Shown here one piece after another: positions 20,579 through 32,769 of a stretch of 64,000 bases of DNA (its first letter is position 1; every line of letters begins with the position of its first letter). Source of the DNA: an uncultured Planctomycetaceae bacterium (GTDB lineage: Bacteria; Planctomycetota; Planctomycetia; Isosphaerales; Isosphaeraceae); the NCBI GenBank assembly GCA_963833985.1, contig CAWIAD010000002.1, forward strand, positions 6,016,001 to 6,080,000, read 5' to 3'. Made by a program: the position numbers and the translations under genes. The notes beneath the pieces were generated by a model. That model ran no database searches. It saw only the letters and a list, made by a program, of their open reading frames with translations, and had not been told where the DNA came from.

Positions 20579-22042
20579 TCACGCCAGGAGCTCCTTCACC
20601 ACCCGGGCTGGCTCGACACCCGTGAGCCGCACGTCCAGACCCTGGAACTTGTAGCCGAGACGCAAATGGTCGATGCCGCACAGGTGAAGGATGGTCGCAT
20701 GCAGGTCGCGCACGTGAAGCACGTTGTCCACGGCGCGGTAGCCCAGCTCGTCGGTGGCGCCGTAGGTCACTCCGCCCTTGATCCCGCCGCCGGCCATCCA
20801 CAGCGAGAAGCCCAGGATGTGATGGTCGCGCCCGCTCCCCTGCCCCATGGGCGTGCGGCCGAACTCGCCGCCCCAGATCACCAGCGTGTCGTCGAGCATG
20901 CCGCGCTGGTCCAGGTCGCGCACCAGGGCCGCACAGGCCTGGTCGACCTCGCGTGCGGCGGTCGGCATGGCGTGCTCGATGTCGCCGTGATGGTCCCAGG
21001 CGCGGTGGTAAAGCTGGATCATCCGTACTCCGCGCTCGGCGAGGCGGCGGGCCATCAGGCAGTTCGAGGCGAAGCTGCCGTCGCCGGGCGTTTTGATGCC
21101 GTACATCTTCAGCACGCTCGCAGGCTCGCTGCGGAAATCGGTCAGCTCCGGCACCGAGGCCTGCATCCGGAAGGCGAGCTCGAACTGGGCAATCCGCGTC
21201 TGGATCTCGGGATCGAGCCGGTCCTCGGCCAGCATCGCATTGAGCCGGTTGATCTCGGTGACGCTCATCTGCTGGAGGTTCCGGTCAATGCCCGGCGGGC
21301 TGGCGATGTAGTGCACGGCGTCGCCCCGCGACTGGAACTGGATGCCCTGAAACTTGCTGGGCAGGATTCCCGCCGACCACTGCCGCGCCGAGACCGGCTG
21401 CTGACCCGTGGCCCCGGCCGAGGTAAAGACGATGAACCCGGGCAGGCTGTCCGTCTCCGCTCCCAGCCCGTAGAGCAGCCATGACCCCATGCTCGGCCGG
21501 CCCTTGAGGATCGACCCTGTGTTCATGAAGGCATGTGCCGGGTCGTGATTGATCTGCTCGGTCGTCATCGACCGCACGATGCACATCCGGTCGGCGATGC
21601 CGGCGATGTGCGGGAAGAGGTCAGAGATCTCCTGCCCGGACTGGCCGTGCTTGTGGAACGCGCAGAATGGGCCGCGGGCCCGCAGCGCCATGTTCTGCAA
21701 CTGGGCAAGCTGTTGCCCCCGGGTGAACGACTCGGGAAAAGGCTTGCCGTGCAGCTCCTTCAGCTTCGGCTTGAAGTCGAAACTCTCGAACTGCGAGGGG
21801 CCGCCGGCCATGCAAAGGTGAATCACCCGCTTCGCCCGCACTGGTAGCGGAGGCGGATTGAGGATCCCACGCCAGTGCTCTCCCGGCCTGGCCGTGTCGG
21901 CCGCGCGCGCCACGGGCTGTACCAGCGACGGGTCGAGCAGCCCTGCCAGCGCGATGCCGCCCAGCCCGTATACCGAGTCTTTCAGGAAGGCCCTGCGGCG
22001 GATGGCCGCATGCCATGCGGAAGGATCGAAGGATCGGCTCAT
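20579..22042 (-). CDS. DUF1501 domain protein (Tat-type signal)
   Basis: RRAFL, AKRVIHLCMAGGPSQ, WGGEFGRTP, GRDHH and VRDLHATIL. Confidence 0.93.
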   Translation of the reverse strand: MSRSFDPSAWHAAIRRRAFLKDSVYGLGGIALAGLLDPSLVQPVARAADTARPGEHWRGILNPPPLPVRAKRVIHLCMAGGPSQFESFDFKPKLKELHGKPFPESFTRGQQLAQLQNMALRARGPFCAFHKHGQSGQEISDLFPHIAGIADRMCIVRSMTTEQINHDPAHAFMNTGSILKGRPSMGSWLLYGLGAETDSLPGFIVFTSAGATGQQPVSARQWSAGILPSKFQGIQFQSRGDAVHYIASPPGIDRNLQQMSVTEINRLNAMLAEDRLDPEIQTRIAQFELAFRMQASVPELTDFRSEPASVLKMYGIKTPGDGSFASNCLMARRLAERGVRMIQLYHRAWDHHGDIEHAMPTAAREVDQACAALVRDLDQRGMLDDTLVIWGGEFGRTPMGQGSGRDHHILGFSLWMAGGGIKGGVTYGATDELGYRAVDNVLHVRDLHATILHLCGIDHLRLGYKFQGLDVRLTGVEPARVVKELLA

Positions 22043-22046
22043 GATT

Positions 22047-25206
<3,160 letters not shown>

Positions 25207-25711
25207 CGCGGATTCTCCCGATCGACGCCAGGCGCGCCTTTGCCTGCCTCAGGGCTTTGGGCCGGATCATCAGGGGGATTGAGTGCTTTCAAGTATACCC
25301 GACCGTGCCAGGGCCCCCGCAACACCCGATTTTCGGCCGGTTCGTGTGCGCACGCCCATAGCAATCGCAAAGCCACTCGACTCACCGTCGAAGCTCGCGA
25401 ATGGCTGCTGGATGAATTCATGGCTCGATACCCTTCGGACTCGTGTGCAGCCGCAGCGGTGACGTCAACGACTCCGCCCAGATCATCTTCAACATGACGC
25501 TCACGGGGAACCGCGAGGACATGCCGAGCGCGCCCGAGAACACCCGGAGGAGGCTTCCTCCGTGACTTGCGCCATGCGTGTCCCAGGGGATTCCCCGAGC
25601 TCCAGTGCTGCGGGCGGAGGCTCTCTTCTGGTAATCTGAAGCGAACGGCACCGCACGGGATGCGTCGTGATCGGCGGCACAGCCATTTGCTATTCGGAAG
25701 GGAGCGCAGCC

Positions 25712-25969
25712 ATGAGCATTGCCGAAGCCACGGCATTGTCGGACATCCTCAACCGGGTCGAGAACTGGCCAGCACTATCGCGGATTACACTGGCTCGCAA
25801 GATTCTCGAATCACTCGAGAAGTCGGAACCACCTGTGCGGCCCACGAAGACCCGTGGGCTCTCTGCGGCTGAGATCCAGGGGATGCTCAGGACCGACCGA
25901 CCCGCGCCGGATGATGAGATTGTCAAAGCATGGATTGATGAGCATCACATGGAGAAATACGGCCGATGA
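25712..25969 (+). CDS. Putative antitoxin
   Basis: 85-aa ORF ending HHMEKYGR, with ATGA overlap onto a PIN-like start. Confidence 0.6.
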   Translation: MSIAEATALSDILNRVENWPALSRITLARKILESLEKSEPPVRPTKTRGLSAAEIQGMLRTDRPAPDDEIVKAWIDEHHMEKYGR

Positions 25970-26106
25970 CCGTGTTGCTCGACTTGAACGTCGTGCTGGA
26001 TACCCCCGGCGAAGGCGGCATGGGCTCGGCCTGGATGCCCAGGTGTTGGGCACGTCGAGGACTCGATTTCTCTGATCGAGGCACACGGCGATACGTGGCC
26101 TCCTGA
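25966..26106 (+). pseudogene. Truncated PIN toxin N-terminus fused to a kinase Gly-loop-like fragment
   Basis: MTVLLDLNVVLD followed directly by GEGGMGSAWM; stops after 46 codons. Confidence 0.5.
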
Positions 26107-26229
26107 CGGCGTCAGCCCCACGTGCCTACATGTCGTCTACTTGAAGGATCGACCTCGGCCCCACGCTCGCCGTCTCTGCCGATGTCATTCCGTGAGCGAC
26201 TTTCCAGTCCAGAGACGTTCGTGCCCCGA

Positions 26230-26592
26230 TCAGGCACCTTCGCGTAGCCACTTCCATGCGGCTTCGGCTTCGGAGGCATCAAAGTATTTGAGTTTCACAT
26301 GCGTGAACGGTTTGCAGAATCGCACCATCCACTCCTCCCATTTCTTGTCACCGACCATGGCGATCCGCTCGAAGTCCGAGAAGTGCTTGATGCCGAACTT
26401 GAGGTCGTCCCAGGCTGCGTGCAAATCCCATCCGTGGAAGTCCTCGAACTGTGCGAGCATACGAAGCTTGCCCGCGGTCGAGATGGCCGCTTCCACGGTG
26501 GGAATGAAGGTGTGGTAGTCTGCGTCGTGCAACTTGCCACTCAGCTTGAAACCGAGGATCTGCGGAGAATCCGTTGGAATTTGCTCGATCAT
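26230..26592 (-). CDS. STAS/SEC14 (SpoIIAA-like) domain protein
   Basis: GFKLSGKLHDADY, FHGWDLHAAWDD, ERIAMVGD and AAWKWL; GAGGAGG RBS. Confidence 0.88.
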   Translation of the reverse strand: MIEQIPTDSPQILGFKLSGKLHDADYHTFIPTVEAAISTAGKLRMLAQFEDFHGWDLHAAWDDLKFGIKHFSDFERIAMVGDKKWEEWMVRFCKPFTHVKLKYFDASEAEAAWKWLREGA

Positions 26593-26711
26593 GGTCACGG
26601 CCTCCTCATGGTCATCGAGATGCGCTTCGTTTCCCGCGTGGCGAACTCGCGAGAGGCAAGTCTCACCTCGCGAACAGCATAAGCAGATCCCTCTGATTCG
26701 GCATTCCTTTA

Positions 26712-28064
26712 GGCGACCGGCACGTCGAGATCTACCCGGAATTGAGCTTCCCCGTTCTGTGAGATGATGCAAGGCTAGAGCCTGGCCTGTTGCCGTCTGT
26801 ACACCAGGGAGGGGAACCGTCATGGAAGGATCCACTGAGTGCCTCGACGCCTTGATCTGTTCGGGAGCCAGACGGCTGACCGGATACCAGCGCCGATTGT
26901 TCATGGCCGAGGTGGCCACGGAACTCTGTGAAGGCAGCGCCCGCCAAGCTGAACGACGCTTCGGCTGGGGACGAGAAACGGTCCTGAAAGGACTGCACGA
27001 GGCCCGTCAAGGGATACGCTGTCTCGAGAATTTCGTCGCGAGAGGTCGGCTGCGCAGCGAAGAGAAGGACCCGCAACTGGCTGCGGACATCCGTGCGATC
27101 GTCGAGCCCCATACCTACGCCGATCCGGAACTGAAGTCGTCGCGACGGTACATGAACCTGTCGGCGGCGGAGGTGCGAGGAGCCTTGATTGACAAGGGCT
27201 ATCCCCGAGACGCGTTGCCCAGCGAGCGCACCATGCGGGACATCCTCAACCGCATGAACTTCCGCCTCAAGCGGATTCAGAAGGGCAGGCCGCTGAAGAA
27301 GACCAAGGAGACCGACGCGATCTTCGCCAACGTGAAGGAGGTGCAGCAACAGGCTCGGGACGATCCTGAGGCGCTGGAGATCTCCATGGACACCAAGGCG
27401 AAGGTGGGATTGGGCGATTACGCTCGTGGGGGGAAAAACCAGGACCGCCGCCGACGGTCAAGTGGCCAAGGGATGGGATCACGATCCGCCAGCCAAGGAG
27501 AAGCTGGTCCCTTTCGGCATCGTGATGCGGGTGACCGGGGTATTGATGCTCCTGTTCGGATCGCGCGAGACCAGCGACGCTTGGGCCGATGCGCTCCGCA
27601 TGTGGTGGCTGCAGGTCCGGTCAGGCTTCGGGCATGTCAAGCGCCTGGTGATCTATCTGGACAACGGCCCCAAGAACTCCGGTCGGCGGACCCAGTTCCT
27701 GAAACGGATGGTCCAGTTTGCCGACTGGTCGGGGTTGGAGATTCGGTTGGTGTACTATCCCCCCTACCACAGCAAATACAACCCGATTGAACGCTGCTGG
27801 TCGGCCCTGGAGAAGAAATGGAACGGCGTGTTACTGAACTGCCTGAAGGTGGTCCTGCAATGCGCCCTACGAATGACCTGGAAGCGCCGGCACCCGATCG
27901 TGAAACGCCTCCACGGCGAGTATCCCGATGGCGTTCGAGTCGCCGCCAAGGAGATGAAGCAGTACGAAGCTCGATTGGAAAGATCGGCGACCCTGCCGAA
28001 GTATGACATCACTATCAAACCGAGAATCACCGAGCAGCAGGGAAACTAAGACCTGCCGCTCGCC
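26712..28064 (+). mobile_element. Complete ISAzo13-family insertion sequence
   Basis: Terminal inverted repeats GGCGACCGGCACGTC / GACCTGCCGCTCGCC (13/15 match) and a TTA target duplication at 26709-26711 and 28065-28067. Confidence 0.88.
26822..28049 (+). CDS. ISAzo13-family DDE transposase in two frames joined at GGGGGGAAAAA (27428-27438)
   Basis: ISMDTKAKV, YLDNGP and YYPPYHSKYNPIERCW. Confidence 0.88.
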
Positions 28065-29379
28065 TTACGGCTTCTTTGCGTTGCTCAGCGTGACGTCCAT
28101 CCAGACTTTGATTTCCAGGTTACCTCTATCGTATCGGGATGAGCGCGGCTCGGCCATGAAAACGCGGAAGCATGCCTGGGCCGGTCGAGACCCTCGGCAA
28201 CGCTCGATCGTAGTCACGCCCCAGCGCGAATCAAGCAAATTCAGCCGAGTTCCGGACCTCGGGCTCTCGAGGTTTTGCCGTCCGTCGGCTTCGGCTCGCG
28301 AGTCAGCGGCCGGCCATGGTCGTCGCGGGCTGGGCGGGTCAGCGGGACGTGGCGAAACATGCATGCAGCAGGGCCGGGAATCGGGATGGGTGCCGCGTCA
28401 GGTTTCCCCCGGCTCGAACCGCCCAGCGGCGTCGCACGTTCCGGGCCAAGGCTCCCGGCCGTGAGCACGGGGGCGGATAGCGAGTGCAAATCTTTCGCAT
28501 CCCGATTCGCAAGAACACGCCGATTCCATCGTAAACTGACAGAAGACGCGATCGTCCGAACGCTCTTTGACAATACGGTGGATGGTCGGCAGAAGCGCGC
28601 CGCCGATGCGGCCCGGCGGCGCGCGTCTCCAGGGGTCCGGGCCGCACCGCGGAACCGGACACGAGCGATCAGCAGCAGTAAACTGCACAACCAACCGAAC
28701 GGAAAAACGAAGGCTAAGTGCCATGAGGCAAAGGATTAGCGTCCGATGGGTTTGATGCCGGACGGACGGAACGAACCCAAATGGCTTGCCGGATGGCACA
28801 CGTTCAACCGGCGCAGCCGATGGCTCCGGATGTACGGCAACCGTGGGAGTGCTTGGTCCTTGGCAGCCAGGGTGCTCTCGTGTCGAAGCGCGCGCGACGG
28901 CGCAGTCTCATCGAAATAGATCAGCGAACGAAGCCAATCAAGAATGGAAACTTAAAGCCTTGAGGAAAAGTAACTTGCGTCGTGTTTTGTCGGTTCCACC
29001 GACCTGAATCGAACCCAATTTCGAGCCGGTCTAGCGGTGCAATCTTCCAGGACAGACGGCCGTGTGTCGGTGCCGAGGGGGACCGGGTGAGGAGTCCTGT
29101 GCGGGCACCCGAGGCGTCCGCGGCCGCAGGGCGGGAACTCGCCCGCGGCTCTGCCACGACGGTTTACCGCTGAACCAGGGTGGTTGCCAGGAACGCGGTG
29201 ATGCCCGAAGATGCCAGGGGAAATTTCTCCAGGTCACACTCCGCTCGCATGCAGGTGGACGCAACCCACGCTCTTTCCGCATCCGGGACGGAACGGCCGC
29301 GGGCGGAAGCACCCCCTGCCCTTGTCGCGCGGCGCTTGAAGGTACGAGCCATCGACAACCCACGAATCCGGAGGCTGCC

Positions 29380-30759
29380 ATGTCCTCGGCGGAGAAGTTC
29401 GACCTGGTGGTGCTGGGAAGCGGCGCGCCCGGCAAGCTGCTGGCGTGGACGCTCGGGGCGCAGGGGAAGCGCGTGGCAGTCGTCGAGCGGAGATATGTCG
29501 GGGGATCCTGCCCGAACATCGCCTGTCTCCCCAGCAAGAACGTGATCCATGGCGCCAGGGTCGCCCACTTTTTCCGCAGGGCCGCCGAGTTCGGGGTGGC
29601 CACGGGAGAATGGAAGGTCGACATGGTTGCGGTCCGCGACCGCAAGCGAAAGATGGTGGACGGGCTCGTCGCCATGCACCTGGAGAAGTACAGGGACAGC
29701 GGCGCGGAGCTGGTCATGGGGAGTGGACGGTTCGTCGCGCCGAAGACCATCGAGGTCGCGCTCAATGCGGACGGGACGCGAACGCTCCAGGGCGCGATCG
29801 TCGTGATCAATACCGGGTCACGCGCCCGGATTGATGACACGCCCGGCCTGGTGGAAGCGCGCCCGCTGACCCACGTCGAGGCCCTCGACCTGGAGCAGCT
29901 CCCGGAGCACCTGATCGTTCTGGGCGGGGGTTACGTGGGCCTGGAGCTGGCTCAGGCGTTCCGCCGCTTCGGCAGTTGCGTGACCGTCGTCGAGCGCCAC
30001 GGCGCGCTGATCCACCGCGAGGACCCGGACGTGTCCGAGGCGGTGGAACAGCTCTTCCGCGACGAGGGGATCATGGTCTTGACGGGCACTCGCGTCCTGA
30101 GCGTCCAGGGAACTTCGGGGCATTCTGTCCGCCTGCAAACCGGACGGGGAACCGTTGAGGGCAGCCACCTTCTGCTCGCCGGTGGACGGACCCCGAACAC
30201 CGACGGCATCGGCCTCGAGTCGGCCGGGGTCGAGACAGACGAGCGCGGGCACGTCCGGGTCAATGAGCGGCTCCAGACCACGGCTCAGGACGTCTGGGCA
30301 GGAGGCGACTGTGCCGGTAGCCCCTATTTCACGCATATCGGCGAGGATGACTTCCGCGTACTGCTGGACAACCTGACCGGCGGGCATCGCGTGACGACCG
30401 GGCGACAGGTGCCGTTCTGCCTGTTCACGGACCCGGAGCTGGCCCGGGTCGGGCTGAACGAGCGCGAGGCACGCGACCGCGGCGTGGCGCATCGCCTGTT
30501 GAAGATACCCCTGGAACAAGTGCTGCGGGCCCGGACGCTTGCCGAGACGCGGGGTTTCCTCAAGGCGCTCGTCGAGCCGGAGACCGACCGCATCCTCGGC
30601 TTCACGGCCTTCGGCGTCGAGGCCGGCGAGCTGCTACCCGCTGTCCAGCTCGCGATGGCCGCCGGCCTGCCGTGCCGTGCGCTGCGGGACCTGGTTCTGA
30701 CCCACCCGACCATGGCCGAGGGACTCGGCGGGCTGTTCGCGTCGGTCCCGCAGCATTAA
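29380..30759 (+). CDS. Class I pyridine nucleotide-disulfide oxidoreductase (dihydrolipoamide dehydrogenase/MerA-like family)
   Basis: GGSCPNIACLPSK redox disulfide, GGGYVGLE and C-terminal HPTMAE. Confidence 0.9.
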   Translation: MSSAEKFDLVVLGSGAPGKLLAWTLGAQGKRVAVVERRYVGGSCPNIACLPSKNVIHGARVAHFFRRAAEFGVATGEWKVDMVAVRDRKRKMVDGLVAMHLEKYRDSGAELVMGSGRFVAPKTIEVALNADGTRTLQGAIVVINTGSRARIDDTPGLVEARPLTHVEALDLEQLPEHLIVLGGGYVGLELAQAFRRFGSCVTVVERHGALIHREDPDVSEAVEQLFRDEGIMVLTGTRVLSVQGTSGHSVRLQTGRGTVEGSHLLLAGGRTPNTDGIGLESAGVETDERGHVRVNERLQTTAQDVWAGGDCAGSPYFTHIGEDDFRVLLDNLTGGHRVTTGRQVPFCLFTDPELARVGLNEREARDRGVAHRLLKIPLEQVLRARTLAETRGFLKALVEPETDRILGFTAFGVEAGELLPAVQLAMAAGLPCRALRDLVLTHPTMAEGLGGLFASVPQH

Positions 30760-30822
30760 TAGACAAGCCGTTATATTATTTATATGCACACTTGGTTAAT
30801 TGTTCTCGATCTTTCGACCAGC

Positions 30823-32544
30823 TTACAACCGCGGCGCTCTGGGCTTGATGGGGGCCTCGTAAGTGTTCACCCCTTGCACCTTCACCTTCCGCTTGTAGAC
30901 CGCCTCACCGCAAGTCGCGTAAAGGATGTCGAAGTTCGGGCCGCCGAAGCAGAGGTTCGCCACCTTTCCGTTCGGTGTGGGGATGATGCCGTTGACGCGG
31001 CCGGCCTGGTCGCAGACCTGGATGCCCATGCGCGTGGCCACGTAGAGCCGGCCTTCGCGGTCGACGCGAATGCCATCGGCTCCTGCGTCATCGGCGTTAT
31101 CAGGGACGTGCAAATGATAATACTTTTGTTTGTGAGCCAGCGAGCCGTCGGGCTGAACCTGGTAGCTGTAAACCCAGTGGCTACGGAAGTCGGCCACGTA
31201 GAGCAGGGACTGGTCGGGCGAGAGGGCCAGGCCGTTGGGGAACGCGATCGCCTCGTCCACGACGCGCTTCGCCCCCTCGGGCTGGACCAGCCAGACCTTT
31301 CCCGGCCTGCGCGCGTCGGTGCTCGGCTCGGTGACGTACATGACGCCATCGTGGCAGACCACCAGGTCGTTCCCGCGAATTCCCTCGGCGACGGCCTTCG
31401 CCTGGCCGCTGGAGTCGTAAGAAAGGACCAGGGGGGCCGCTGTGGCCACGGCGTGAAGACGTCCGTCGGGGCCGAATGCCTGGCCATTGGCCTTCTGCGT
31501 GGCACTCAGAAACAATGACACCTTGCCGTCCAGTCCGATCTTGTAGCACTTGCCCGCGGGGATGTCATTGAAGAAGACCTCGCCTCTGGCGCTTGGGGCG
31601 GGACCCTCGGTGAACGAGTAGCCGTCGGCCACAAGACTCCATCCCTCGCCCGGGATGAGGATCTCCTGTAGTTGCTGCGACCCGCGCCCGGCGGCAACCG
31701 GCTTCGGCCAGTCTTTCCAGAGCCAGCGCATGGCGTCGGGGAAGACCTGGTCGGCCTGACGGTGGTCGTGCCCGCCCGTGCCCCACGCGTGGTTCACCTC
31801 GTAACCGGCAAACCGCAGTGCTCGCTCCATTTCCTGGTTGGCCATCCACCAGTCTCCCCCATAGATGTTCAGGTCGTTCGATCCGTCCTGTAGGAAGATG
31901 CGGATGGGTTTGGGCTCGAACTTGCGGACCAGGGTGGGATAGTCGTTGGCACCGCGGAGGCCGACGTAGGTGCCGATGGAGCTGAAGACCCTGCGGAAGG
32001 AGTCGGGCCGCTCCCAGGCGGCCGTGAAGGCGCAGACGGCCCCGCTGCTCGAGCCGCCGATCGCGCGGTCGTTGCCGTCGTGCGAAAACCGGATGGGCCG
32101 TTCGTCGGGCGTGGCCTTTTTCTCCACCTCCGGCAGCAGCTCCTCGAGCAGGAACCGCGCGTAGTGATCGCCCAGGCCGTCGTACTCGTAACTGCGGTTG
32201 AACCGGTCCAGGGCCTGGGGCGAGAGCGCCTTGACCTTGCCATGCATCACGAACACGCCAATGGTGACGGGCATCTCGCGGTTGTGGATGAGCGTGTCGA
32301 AGACGGCCGGAGCGCTGTACTGGATGCCGTCCTGGTTCACGTACAGGCAGGCGGGTGTCTTGCCGTCGTACTGCCGAGGAACGTACACCCAGTAGTCGCG
32401 CACGGTACCGGGGAAGATCTTGCTCTGGTCGAAGGCGAACTTGTGGACCTCGCCCTTGGGCACGTCGTCACCGCGGACAGAAGCGTGCAGCAGCGCGAGC
32501 GGAATGGACGCAAGGAGACGGGACAGAAAGCGGCCTCGGCTCAT
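30823..32544 (-). CDS. Esterase (Fes-like alpha/beta hydrolase) fused to an SMP-30/gluconolactonase beta-propeller
   Basis: IGGSSSGA nucleophile elbow; FTEGP, PNGLALSPD and DGIRVD. Confidence 0.9.
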   Translation of the reverse strand: MSRGRFLSRLLASIPLALLHASVRGDDVPKGEVHKFAFDQSKIFPGTVRDYWVYVPRQYDGKTPACLYVNQDGIQYSAPAVFDTLIHNREMPVTIGVFVMHGKVKALSPQALDRFNRSYEYDGLGDHYARFLLEELLPEVEKKATPDERPIRFSHDGNDRAIGGSSSGAVCAFTAAWERPDSFRRVFSSIGTYVGLRGANDYPTLVRKFEPKPIRIFLQDGSNDLNIYGGDWWMANQEMERALRFAGYEVNHAWGTGGHDHRQADQVFPDAMRWLWKDWPKPVAAGRGSQQLQEILIPGEGWSLVADGYSFTEGPAPSARGEVFFNDIPAGKCYKIGLDGKVSLFLSATQKANGQAFGPDGRLHAVATAAPLVLSYDSSGQAKAVAEGIRGNDLVVCHDGVMYVTEPSTDARRPGKVWLVQPEGAKRVVDEAIAFPNGLALSPDQSLLYVADFRSHWVYSYQVQPDGSLAHKQKYYHLHVPDNADDAGADGIRVDREGRLYVATRMGIQVCDQAGRVNGIIPTPNGKVANLCFGGPNFDILYATCGEAVYKRKVKVQGVNTYEAPIKPRAPRL

Positions 32545-32769
32545 GGCAATGGATCCTCGTCACAGTTCGACTGGCTTGACTCCCCCTCGCGACCGGGGCC
32601 ATTCTAGCCGAGGAGCGGGGGCTGCGACATGGAGTTCCGGATGCCGACCGCTGCGCACCGCGGCCCGAGATGCCTACACCGATTGATTCATAAAAAAGTG
32701 GGAACCCTGCGGGACCCTCGTCCCATTACTCTATGTACCAACCAATGAATTCAGCGAAAAGGAGAGCCG

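Noticed and set aside
29380..30759. Mercuric reductase (merA) call
   Set aside because: No C-terminal Cys-Cys pair, no metal-binding N-domain and no mer genes nearby.
32695..32735. ECF autoregulatory promoter (GGAACC ... CGTC)
   Set aside because: The spacing is too short for a typical ECF promoter and no matching motif was found before the other ECF gene.
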